Shown here piece by piece: positions 1 through 7,270 of a DNA stretch of 12,546 bases. Below the pieces are notes generated by a model. The model searched no databases, had not been told where the DNA came from, and saw nothing but the letters and a program-made list of their open reading frames with translations. The stretch's first letter is position 1, and each line of letters starts with the position of its first letter. This stretch comes from Octopus sinensis (lineage: Eukaryota), in NCBI RefSeq assembly GCF_006345805.1, contig NW_021826617.1, forward strand, positions 1 to 12,546, in the 5' to 3' direction. Position numbers and translations under genes: made by a program.

Positions 1-608
1 AGAGATCGGACAATAAGCGTAAGCCTGTGTCAATGGTGGTTCCAGAAATTCCAAGCCGGAAACTACAGCTTAGAAGACGAACCTCGTCCTGGAGCATCTG
101 TAGATCTCGACGAGGACGACCTGCAAACCCTGGTGGAACAAAATCCTATCGTAACCGTTGAGAAACTAGCAGAGAATTTGGTCATTCAACCATTCATCGA
201 CACCAGCGCTGGAAGAAAAACGACCATCTTTGGTATCCAGACGAATGGTGTTCTTCCATCAGGATAATACGCGGTCACATACATCAACGATGAATTCCAA
301 ATGCTGGAGCAGTTTGAATGGGAAACGATGCCCCTGTCACTATAATCACCGGACATTGCTCCATCTTATTATCATTTATTCCACAGTCTTCAAAATCATT
401 TGGACGGAAAAATCTGAATTTTGTAGACGAGGTCAGAAGAGTACTGGAAGAGTATTTTTCATCACAGACAAGTGAATTTTGGAATAGGGGCCTTGCAAGT
501 CTAGTAGATAGATGGAAGAGCATCGTAGAAAATGAAGGAGAGTACATTTTAGATTAAAAAAGAATTTTGTTTATTTTAATTCTGAAAAATAAAAGAAGTA
601 TAAAAAAA
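1..608 (+). mobile_element. Tc1/mariner transposase remnant (internally deleted, frameshifted, truncated at window edge)
   Basis: Translation gives QWWFQKFQAGNYSLEDEPRPG...LVEQNPIVTVEKLAE / HSTIHRH (HTH region), then FFHQDNTRSH (HDNARPH motif), *SPDIAPSYYHLF (YSPDLAPSDYHLF motif with an in-frame stop) and the typical C-terminus RWKSIVENEGEYILD* ending at 557. The 3' TIR is not seen; a SINE piece follows. Confidence 0.9.
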
Positions 609-609
609 G

Positions 610-715
610 CCCCGAAAAGGATGAAAGGCAAAATCGAACTCAGAACGTAATGACAGACAAAATACTGCTATGCATATCGTTTGGTACGCTAGCCATGCTG
701 CCAGCTCACCGCTTT
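610..715 (-). mobile_element. tRNA-derived SINE family A, partial
   Basis: Matches other copies in the window (5395-5650, 8608-8784): GGATGAAAGGCAAA...GAACTCAGAACGTAA...CTGCCAGCTCACCGC. The head on the - strand is AAAGCGGTGAGCTGGCAG. Confidence 0.8.
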
Positions 716-810
716 AAAGTCATAAAAAAATTACTGACAAAATATCAATAATTACCAAGAAAACTGGTTATTATTTTACAGACCCATGAACACATAGACG
801 GGAAAGAAAA

Positions 811-835
811 CTCCAGTGGAATTCGAACCCCTCAC
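811..835 (-). pseudogene. Degenerate tRNA 3'-half / B-box remnant
   Basis: The - strand reads GGGGTTCGAATTCCACTGGAG followed by TTTT. The paralogous position in unit 2 (2082-2104) reads GGTTTCGAATCCTGCCAGAG. No 5' half is visible. Confidence 0.35.
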
Positions 836-975
836 CGTAAATAAATATAAAGAAATACGTCTTGTTAATGTACAATTTCTGATGTTCCTCTGTCTCTTTA
901 AAGACAAACCAACAATGAACTGTATTTAACATAAAACTCATATATGATAGCAAAATATTTGCTGTCTGATTATGT

Positions 976-1048
976 GGTTCCATGGTGTAGTGGTTATCAC
1001 GTCTGCTTCACACGCAGAAGGTCGCGAGTTCGAAACTCGCTGGAACCT
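976..1048 (+). tRNA. tRNA-Val-CAC: tRNA-Val(CAC)
   Basis: GGTTCCA/TGGAACC acceptor, GTG/CAC D-stem, TCTGC-TTCACAC-GCAGA anticodon arm (CAC at 1009-1011), GCGAG-TTCGAAA-CTCGC T-arm; T9 run at 1064-1072. Confidence 0.96.
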
Positions 1049-1063
1049 GTTCGTGTATTTCAC

Positions 1064-1072
1064 TTTTTTTTT
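1064..1072 (+). terminator. Pol III oligo-T terminator
   Basis: T9 run 15 nt downstream of the tRNA. Equivalent runs follow the other genes: 2381-2389, 3829-3834, and A-runs at 1632-1638, 2989-2993 and 5699-5712 for the - strand genes. Confidence 0.75.
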
Positions 1073-1150
1073 CTAACCGTATCGCTTTGTCGATACTATG
1101 ACATGTTGCTGCTGTTGCACCAACTGCTGCTAAGTGCTTACTAGTTCGAT

Positions 1151-1189
1151 GGTGCCATGGCATCGTGAGTTCAAAACTCGCTGGAACCT
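1151..1189 (+). pseudogene. tRNA-Val-derived minihelix (D and anticodon arms deleted), copy 1
   Basis: GGTGCCA-TGGCATC-GTGAG-TTCAAAA-CTCGC-TGGAACC-T: both tRNA-Val ends joined across a 34-nt deletion; T7 run at 1197-1203. Confidence 0.88.
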
Positions 1190-1413
1190 AATTCTATTTT
1201 TTTATTTACTTATTGCCACCATTACCCTAACTGTTGTTGTTGTTATCAAAATTTGGGGGGGGGTGTTATTGGAGGTGGGTGGATTTAGATGAGCAATAAC
1301 ACCAACCGAACCGATGGACATCATAAAACACAAACAGGGATTCAGTCTGTCCCTTTAAAATTTCTTGGAAAAGAGGGTTAATATTGGAAATCTATAAACG
1401 CATGGCGCATCAG

Positions 1414-1486
1414 ATATCCGTGGTGTAGTGGTAATTACACCTACTTCATGCTAAATAGATCACGGGTTCGAACTATACTGGATCCA
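1414..1486 (+). pseudogene. Decayed tRNA-Val copy (loop reads CAT), copy 1
   Basis: Aligns ungapped to the 73-nt Val body (TGGTGTAGTGG...GGTTCGAA...TGGATCCA), but the anticodon stem (CCTAC/TAAAT), T-stem and acceptor are broken. Confidence 0.85.
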
Positions 1487-1645
1487 TTATTATTATTTTG
1501 AGTTTATTTTCTTGTTTTTGCCAATGATATTTTACTTGCTTTTTGTTGTTCTAAATACTATTGCTGCAGTAAATACAATTAACTAATTATGCCAATACCT
1601 AGAAGTAAAAAGTTATTAACTCCAGGAGTGTAAAAAAACAAAGCT

Positions 1646-1718
1646 AGGTTCCAGAGAGATTCGAACTCACGACCTCCTGTGTGTAAAGCAGGTGTGATAA
1701 CCTCTACACAATAGAACC
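1646..1718 (-). tRNA. tRNA-Val-TAC: tRNA-Val(TAC), diverged; possibly a pseudogene
   Basis: The - strand reads GGTTCTATTGTGTAGAGGTTATCACACCTGCTTTACACACAGGAGGTCGTGAGTTCGAATCTCTCTGGAACCT. Anticodon TAC (+ strand 1683-1685). There is a C.A mismatch in the anticodon stem and a T.T mismatch in the T-stem. Confidence 0.7.
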
Positions 1719-2298
1719 ACTTGCTGCTCATTTTTGCAAATATTTCTCTTATCATGTACAAATTTTACGATCCGAGGTTTTCATATAACTATGGATTGTT
1801 CTATTATATAATGAGGGGTGGAAAGCATTAGAGTCATCAATAACTGGAACAAAACGTCGTTGACAACCACAGAATCTGCCAAATCATAAAGAGTGATGCT
1901 CAACTTTCGATCTTCTTTCCCTTGTAGTGAATAAGCTGTGGCTAGAGTTTATCCAAATATCTGTCTGTGATGTTTGAGATATAGATTGAAATTAGATTAA
2001 TATCTATTGAGAAGACTAATAATTAACAATAAAACTAGTAATTATTTTATAAAGCGCTGAAATAATGGAAGTTAGAGAGTGACTCTGGCAGGATTCGAAA
2101 CCATGTCGAGAAAGAATACTTCTTGTTATCGTATCAATTCTGATACGATTTTGACAAGTTGTAGTGCACCTGAGCACTGTATACAATAATTTCATTATAT
2201 ATATACTCCGCTGTAGTTTGAAAAGAATTCAACATTAATCTCTGTATGAAAAACAACTTCTTTATGATAAAGCCATATTTTAAAACATTCTGCCATCT

Positions 2299-2371
2299 GG
2301 TTCCATGGTGTAGTGGTTATCACATCTGCTTAACACGCAGAAGGTCGTGAGTTCGAAACTCGCTGGAACCT
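2299..2371 (+). tRNA. tRNA-Val-AAC: tRNA-Val(AAC)
   Basis: Full cloverleaf; anticodon AAC at 2332-2334; T-stem GTGAG/CTCGC (one G.U pair); T9 at 2381-2389. Confidence 0.95.
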
Positions 2372-2504
2372 ATATTTGTCTTTTTTTTTCCCTTCCTCTC
2401 AACGGTATCGTCTAAGCTGTCGATGCTGCTATGACTGATATTGGTGTTGTTGTTTTTGTTGTTTCTATGGCTACCGCTGCTGCTACCTGTGTACGAATTG
2501 TTCG

Positions 2505-2543
2505 GGTGCCATGGTATCGTGAGTTCAAAACTAGCTGGAACCT
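2505..2543 (+). pseudogene. tRNA-Val-derived minihelix, copy 2
   Basis: GGTGCCA-TGGTATC-GTGAG-TTCAAAA-CTAGC-TGGAACC-T; 36/38 identical to 1151-1188; T-run at 2551-2556. Confidence 0.88.
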
Positions 2544-2757
2544 AATTCTGTTTTTTCTTTTTATTTACTCGTACTTATAACCATCGTTGCAAATACTGTC
2601 ATTGTTGTTGCTTTTACTGGGGGTAGGTCGTGTCTGGATTGACAATAAAACCAACCAATGGACATTATTAAACACAACCGGGTATTTAGTTTGTCACTTT
2701 GAAATTTCTTGGTAGAGATGGTTAATACTGAAAATGTATAGACGACTGGCGAATCGG

Positions 2758-2830
2758 ATTCCCGTGGTGTGACGCTTATCACATCTGCTTCATACTAAAA
2801 AGATCACGAGTTCAAAATAAGCTGGATCCA
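2758..2830 (+). pseudogene. Decayed tRNA-Val copy (loop reads CAT), copy 2
   Basis: Paralog of 1414-1486 (17/73 mismatches); D-loop GG lost; anticodon stem TCTGC/TAAAA unpaired. Confidence 0.85.
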
Positions 2831-3000
2831 ATATTACCATTTTTATTTTATTTTTTTATTTTTTGCTGTTTGTGTAAATGCTGTTTTACTTGCTGCTCTT
2901 TTGTTCTTCTAAATACTGTTGCTGCTGTAAATAGAATAAACTAAATATGTCAATAACTAGACCTATAAAATTATTAACCCCAGGAGTGAAAAACAAAGCT

Positions 3001-3073
3001 AGGCTCCAGCGAGTTTCGAACTCGCGACCTTCTGCGTGTGAAGCAGATGTGATAACCACTACACCATGGAACC
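3001..3073 (-). tRNA. tRNA-Val-CAC: tRNA-Val(CAC)
   Basis: Full cloverleaf on the - strand; anticodon CAC (+ strand 3038-3040); acceptor 3' side TGGAGCC gives a U3.G70 pair. Confidence 0.94.
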
Positions 3074-3527
3074 ACATGTTGCTCTTCTGAGCAAATATTT
3101 TTCTTATCATATATAAATTTTATGACACGTACGGGAAATCGATCCGGAGTTTTCATAACTGGAGAGCTGACTACATAACAATGGACTGTTCTATTATATA
3201 ATGAGGGGTGGAAAGCACTAGACACCTCAACAATTGGAAGAAAAAACCCTGTTGACAACAACAGCCGAATATGCAACATCATAGTAATGAGAGGTGGTCA
3301 ACTTTAGATCTTTTTTCCCTTCTAGTGGCGTTAAAATATATACCAGTAATATACTGTGGCTAGAGTTTACTCACTGGTCTCTCGGTTAATGTTTACAATA
3401 TTACCCGGAGACGAAATAATGAAAAAAGTGCAACAGCTGTAAAAAGAATGTGTAGGAAAGCAACAGGCTCCGGGAGAGGACTTGGGAAAATTCACAAGAT
3501 CCGAGTTTCTCCCTCATAACTTTTAGG

Positions 3528-3636
3528 AAAGCGGCGAGCTGGCAGAATTATTTCTGGCATTTTGCGTTCTAAGTTCAAATTTCACGGAAATCAACCGTAC
3601 TATGCACCCTTCCGGGGTCAGTGAAATAAGTACAGT
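3528..3636 (+). mobile_element. SINE family A, degraded
   Basis: AAAGCGGCGAGCTGGCAGAAT head, AGTTCAAATT B-box-like element, CCCTTCCGGGGTCAGTGAAATAAGTAC central domain. Confidence 0.75.
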
Positions 3637-3749
3637 CTATGGAAACCCTTGAAATAGCTGTTCTTGGGCCAAAATTAGAATGAACTATGAAGCAGTGCTG
3701 TATATAGCATTGAAAACAAATTGTTAACAGAAAAGACACCCAATTGTCT

Positions 3750-3822
3750 GGTTCCATGGTGTAGTGGTTATCACATCTGCTTAACACGCAGAAGGTCGCG
3801 AGTTCGAAACTCGCTGGAGCCT
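3750..3822 (+). tRNA. tRNA-Val-AAC: tRNA-Val(AAC)
   Basis: Full cloverleaf; AAC at 3783-3785; U3.G70; T6 at 3829-3834. Confidence 0.94.
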
Positions 3823-3873
3823 GCTGTGTTTTTTATAAAATTTATTTCGTTTTTATTATTATTATTATCATGT

Positions 3874-4206
3874 GAAGGCGCATGGTTCAGTGGTTAGAGC
3901 GTCGAGCTTACGATCGTGAGGTTGTGAGCTCGAATCCCGGACCGGGCTGCGTGTTGTGTTCTTGAGCAAGACACTTTATTTCACGTTGCTCCAGTTCACT
4001 CAGCTGTAGAAATGAGTTGCGACGTCACGGGTGCTAAGCTGTATCGGCCCCTTTGCCTTTCCCTTGGATAACAACGGTGGCGTGGAGAGGGGAGGCCGGT
4101 ATGCATGGGCGACTGCTGGTCTTCCATAAACCACCTTGCCCAGACTTGTGACTAGGAGGGTAACTTTCTAGGTGCAATCCCATGGTCAGTGTCGTGACCG
4201 AAGGGG
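3874..4206 (+). mobile_element. tRNA-derived SINE family B
   Basis: tRNA-like head (TGGTTCAGTGG A-box, CTCGAATCC B-box), then CTTGAGCAAGACACTTTATTTCACGTTGCTCCAG; closely similar to 6176-6471. Confidence 0.88.
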
Positions 4207-4519
4207 ATCCCGGATCATGTGGTACTTTCACTTCTGTTGTCGTTATTGTCACTGCTAATTCTACGATTTCATCGAAAGCAATACATTATTAAAGTTATCT
4301 TTTAGTTGCGTCAGTCATTAGACTGCGGCCAATCTGGAGCACCGCCTTGAACAAGTCGAATGAATTGACCCCAGCATTTATTGTTATTATTTTTTGCCTG
4401 GTAAATATTCTATCGGTCTCGTTTGCAGAACTGCTTGGTTGTGAAGATATAAACAAACCAACATCCGTTTTCAACCGATGGTGAGGACAATCACACGCGC
4501 GCGCGCGTATATATGTATC

Positions 4520-4766
4520 GTTGCTATTATGTTAAACTGTTGTATGTCCAAATTTGGCCAAATGCCTTTTTTTATTTCAATATTTATATTTGCTTGCAAT
4601 AGCCGGTTCTTTTTGGCCAAACTATCGTATCTCCAGCTGCTTCAGATGCCAAGATATCAAAAATTGTCAAAGTGTAGTACAACGGTTTTGCTATGGAATG
4701 GGGAAACTACTTTTTCGTTTTCTGAAAAAAGCAACGTTTTGGACTTACGACACTTTTGCATAACAG

Positions 4767-4770
<4 letters not shown>
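4520..4770. mobile_element. MITE / non-autonomous DNA transposon, ~251 bp
   Basis: Imperfect TIRs at 4520-4552 (GTTGCTATTATGTTAAACTGTTGTATGTCCAAA) and 4738-4770, 27/33 match. It lies in the TA tract of the SINE and is absent from the SINE copy at 6549-6912. Confidence 0.75.

Positions 4771-4815
<45 letters not shown>
4771..4815. repeat. (AT)n microsatellite
   Basis: Read directly from the sequence. Confidence 0.95.
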
Positions 4816-4818
<3 letters not shown>

Positions 4819-5349
4819 GACGGGCTTCTTTCAGTTTCCGCCTACCAAATCCACTCACAAGGCTTTGGTCGGTCCGAGGCTATAGTAGAAGACACTTATC
4901 CAAGCTGCGTCACAGTAGGACTGAACCCGGAACCTTGTGGCTGGGGAGCCAATCGCTTACCCCACAGCCACACTTGCACCGTAGTTACATCACATTTTTA
5001 TGACGCGTCCACTGTTTGAGACACCGGATTACGACATATTGGTAACCAGGTCGTAAAAATGAGACCAAACATTCTGAGATCCATTCAATATAAATTGCGG
5101 TAGAAATAAGGGAGAGATACGTTGGATACTGAAATCGTGGTCGGCACTCTTTAATAATGTGTCTACTTTGTCACAACTATAAGTACGGATTTAGCCGAAA
5201 CCCAACATACGTAAATTAGCAGCGGGCTCCGAGATCCGTGCGTCCTCGTGTTACGAACCAGTGTAACAATGCCTTAACACGGTTTTTGATGTTGATTTGT
5301 ACCAGGCGACGGATAAATTCCCCCACACAAGTAAACCCTAGAATACACC

Positions 5350-5387
5350 CTTAATATGATCCTTAACACTTAATATGATCCTTAACA
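5350..5387. repeat. Perfect 19-bp tandem duplication
   Basis: CTTAATATGATCCTTAACA at 5350-5368 and 5369-5387. Confidence 0.9.
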
Positions 5388-5394
5388 ATATAAT

Positions 5395-5650
5395 AACCCT
5401 TTCTACTAAAGGAACAAGGCTTGAAATCTTTTTGGTGAGTAGACCCTACCCACCAAAAAGATTTCAAACCTTGTTCCTTTAGTCGATTATATCGACCCCA
5501 GTGCTCAACTGCTACTTTTTTTTCTCGAACCTCGAAAGGGTGAAATGTATGGTCGACCTCGGCGGAATTTGAACTCAGAGCGTAAAGACGGACGAAATGC
5601 CGCTAAGCATTTTGTCTGGCGTGCTAACGATTCTGCCAGCTCACTGCCTT
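5395..5650 (-). mobile_element. SINE family A, near full length
   Basis: - strand head AAGGCAGTGAGCTGGCAGAATCGTTAGCACGCC...GAGTTCAAATTCCGCCGAGGTCGAC; ATCGACCCCAGTGCTC body shared with 8608-8784. Confidence 0.88.
5405..5483. repeat. 38-bp inverted repeat with 3-nt spacer
   Basis: 5405-5442 vs the reverse complement of 5446-5483: 36/38 identical. Confidence 0.95.
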
Positions 5651-5715
5651 AAACAATATGATAACAAAGAAACAAGCAAATATATGGAGGATCAACATAA
5701 AAAAAATAAAAATAA

Positions 5716-5788
5716 AGGTTCCAGCGAGTTTCGAACTCGCGACCTTCTGCGTGTTAAGCAGACGTGATAATCACTACACCATGGAACC
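5716..5788 (-). tRNA. tRNA-Val-AAC: tRNA-Val(AAC), D-loop GG->GA variant
   Basis: All stems intact; AAC (+ strand 5753-5755); the D-loop reads TAGTGATTAT instead of TAGTGGTTAT. Confidence 0.85.
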
Positions 5789-5865
5789 ACTGCTAGTGAA
5801 TGCTGCTAAATATTGTTTTTATCTAATAACTTTGTAGACACCTATGCTTGCTATTGATTTTTGTC

Positions 5866-5930
5866 TTGGCACAAAGTCAGAAGTAATAGGGAGAAGGTAT
5901 AGTTATGTGTATCGACCCAAGTGCTCGATC
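5866..5930 (-). mobile_element. SINE family A tail fragment
   Basis: TGGCACAAAG...TATCGACCCAAGTGCTC, as at 8158-8216 and 5489-5506. Confidence 0.5.
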
Positions 5931-6175
5931 TTCGACTTTAGCGTCGTTAAAAATGTTACCCGTAACACCTCTCTTGCACCGCTGTCGTAATTATTTCCCT
6001 TGTTCGAACTCTCGCGTCTTATGTGCATGGTGTTTTTATTAACGCAGGACATTAGAAGAAACAGTATTAGATTAAAATAGTAATCTGTGCATCATACTTG
6101 ATATAATACACCGCGGAAAGCCAGATTAACTGTGATATCCGTTCTGAGACAATTTTTTTATTCAGGCGGTCGGGT

Positions 6176-6471
6176 GGAGGTTCGTGGCTTAGTGGTTAGG
6201 GCATTCGGCTTACGATTGTAAGGTCGTGAGTTCAATTCCTGGCGATGCGTTGGGTCCTTGAGCAAGACACTTTATTTTTCACGTTGCTCCAGTTAACTCA
6301 GCTGTAGAAATGAGTTGCGACATCACTTGTACCAAGCTGTATTGGCCTTTGCTTTTCCCTTTGGATGACGTCAGTGGTGTGGTGAGGGAGACTGGTATGC
6401 ATGGGCGACTGCTAGCCCTTCCACAAAACAACCTTGCCCAGACTTGTGCCTCGGAGGGCAACCTTCTAGGT
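6176..6471 (+). mobile_element. tRNA-derived SINE family B
   Basis: TGGCTTAGTGG A-box, GAGTTCAATTCC B-box; body matches 3874-4206. Confidence 0.88.
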
Positions 6472-6500
6472 CTTTTGTTTATTTTCATAAAGCTTCCCGT

Positions 6501-6550
<50 letters not shown>
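6501..6550. repeat. (TA)n microsatellite
   Basis: Read directly from the sequence. Confidence 0.95.
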
Positions 6551-6912
6551 TCTTTTACGTGTTTCAGTCATTTGACTGCGGCCATACTATCGCACCGCTT
6601 TTAGTCGAAGAAATCGAGCCCAGGACTCATTCTTTGTAAGCCTAGTTACTTATTTTATCGGGTCTCTTTTGCCGAGCCGCTAAGTGACGGGGTTGTAAAC
6701 ACACCAGCATCGGTTGTCTAGCGAAGGTGGGGGTGGGGGAATACACACATAAACACATATATATATATACGACGGGCTTCTTTCAGTTTCCGTCCACCAA
6801 ATCCACTCATAAAGTTTTGGTCGGCTCGAGGCTATAGTAGAAGACACTTACCCAAGGACTGAACCCGTAACCATGTGGTTGGGAAGCAAGCTTCTTACCA
6901 CACATGACTGCA
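6549..6912 (-). mobile_element. SINE family C
   Basis: Homologous to 4298-4980 without the MITE; short deletion after the B-box. Confidence 0.88.
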
Positions 6913-7113
6913 TAAAATGGTGTTCCATTGAAAGAATCAGGGTGTCTGATATTCCCAGAGGTCTTGCATCTCACCGAGGCTGTAAATAATATCTCCAAGA
7001 GACGACATTGTTGGAAGATGAGGTAAAGAACTGCGAGTGGAAATAGTTTTGGCGAGTCTGGGAGCAGCAATAAACGATCAGGGTGCTCAGCTCTCTTTGC
7101 AGACCTCCTCAAG

Positions 7114-7238
7114 CTACCATCACTATCACCACCAACACCACCACTGCTACCAACACCTACCACTGCTACCAACACCTACCACCAAGCCGCCGCCGCCGCC
7201 ACCACCACACCACCACCACCACCACCACCACCACCACC

Positions 7239-7270
<32 letters not shown>

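Larger units (their letters stand above)
745..1951. repeat. Tandem segmental duplication, unit 1 of the tRNA-Val cassette
   Basis: Colinear with ~2015-3369. 1314-1414 vs 2658-2758 align ungapped with 20/101 mismatches; both units end in CTGTGGCTAGAGTTTA; the order of the four tRNA-derived elements is the same. Boundaries approximate. Confidence 0.9.
2015..3369. repeat. Tandem segmental duplication, unit 2 of the tRNA-Val cassette
   Basis: Paralogous to ~745-1951, e.g. AAGAATACTTCTTGTTA (~2113) vs AAGAAATACGTCTTGTTA (~850), and CTATTATATAATGAGGGGTGGAAAGCA at 3191 vs 1801. Confidence 0.9.
4298..4980 (-). mobile_element. SINE family C with internal (TA)n tract, interrupted by a MITE
   Basis: - strand head GTGGCTGTGGGTAAG...GGTTCAGTCC; body CGACGGGCTTCTTTCAGTTTCCG...GAGGCTATAGTAGAAGACACTT and tail CAGTCATT.GACTGCGGCCA shared with 6549-6912. 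Confidence 0.88.

Noticed and set aside
1414-2830. CAT-loop copies as tRNA-Met
   Set aside because: The bodies are Val-derived and the anticodon, T and acceptor stems are broken. CAT is most simply a CAC->CAT change in a dead gene.
944-3787. ORFs with recurring VVPWCSGYH / WFHGVVVIT peptides
   Set aside because: These are translations of the repeated tRNA-Val genes.
3001-3822. Wobble pair at 3:70 as an alanine identity element (mistranslating tRNA)
   Set aside because: The pair is U3.G70, the reverse of the G3.U70 determinant used by AlaRS.
3874-6245. tRNA-like heads at 3874-3945 and 6176-6245 as tRNA genes
   Set aside because: There is no closed acceptor stem and both continue into the same SINE body.
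6913-7112. Complex 200-bp segment between a SINE and the microsatellite
   Set aside because: No frame gave a recognisable protein motif; it may be an old TE fragment but cannot be assigned.
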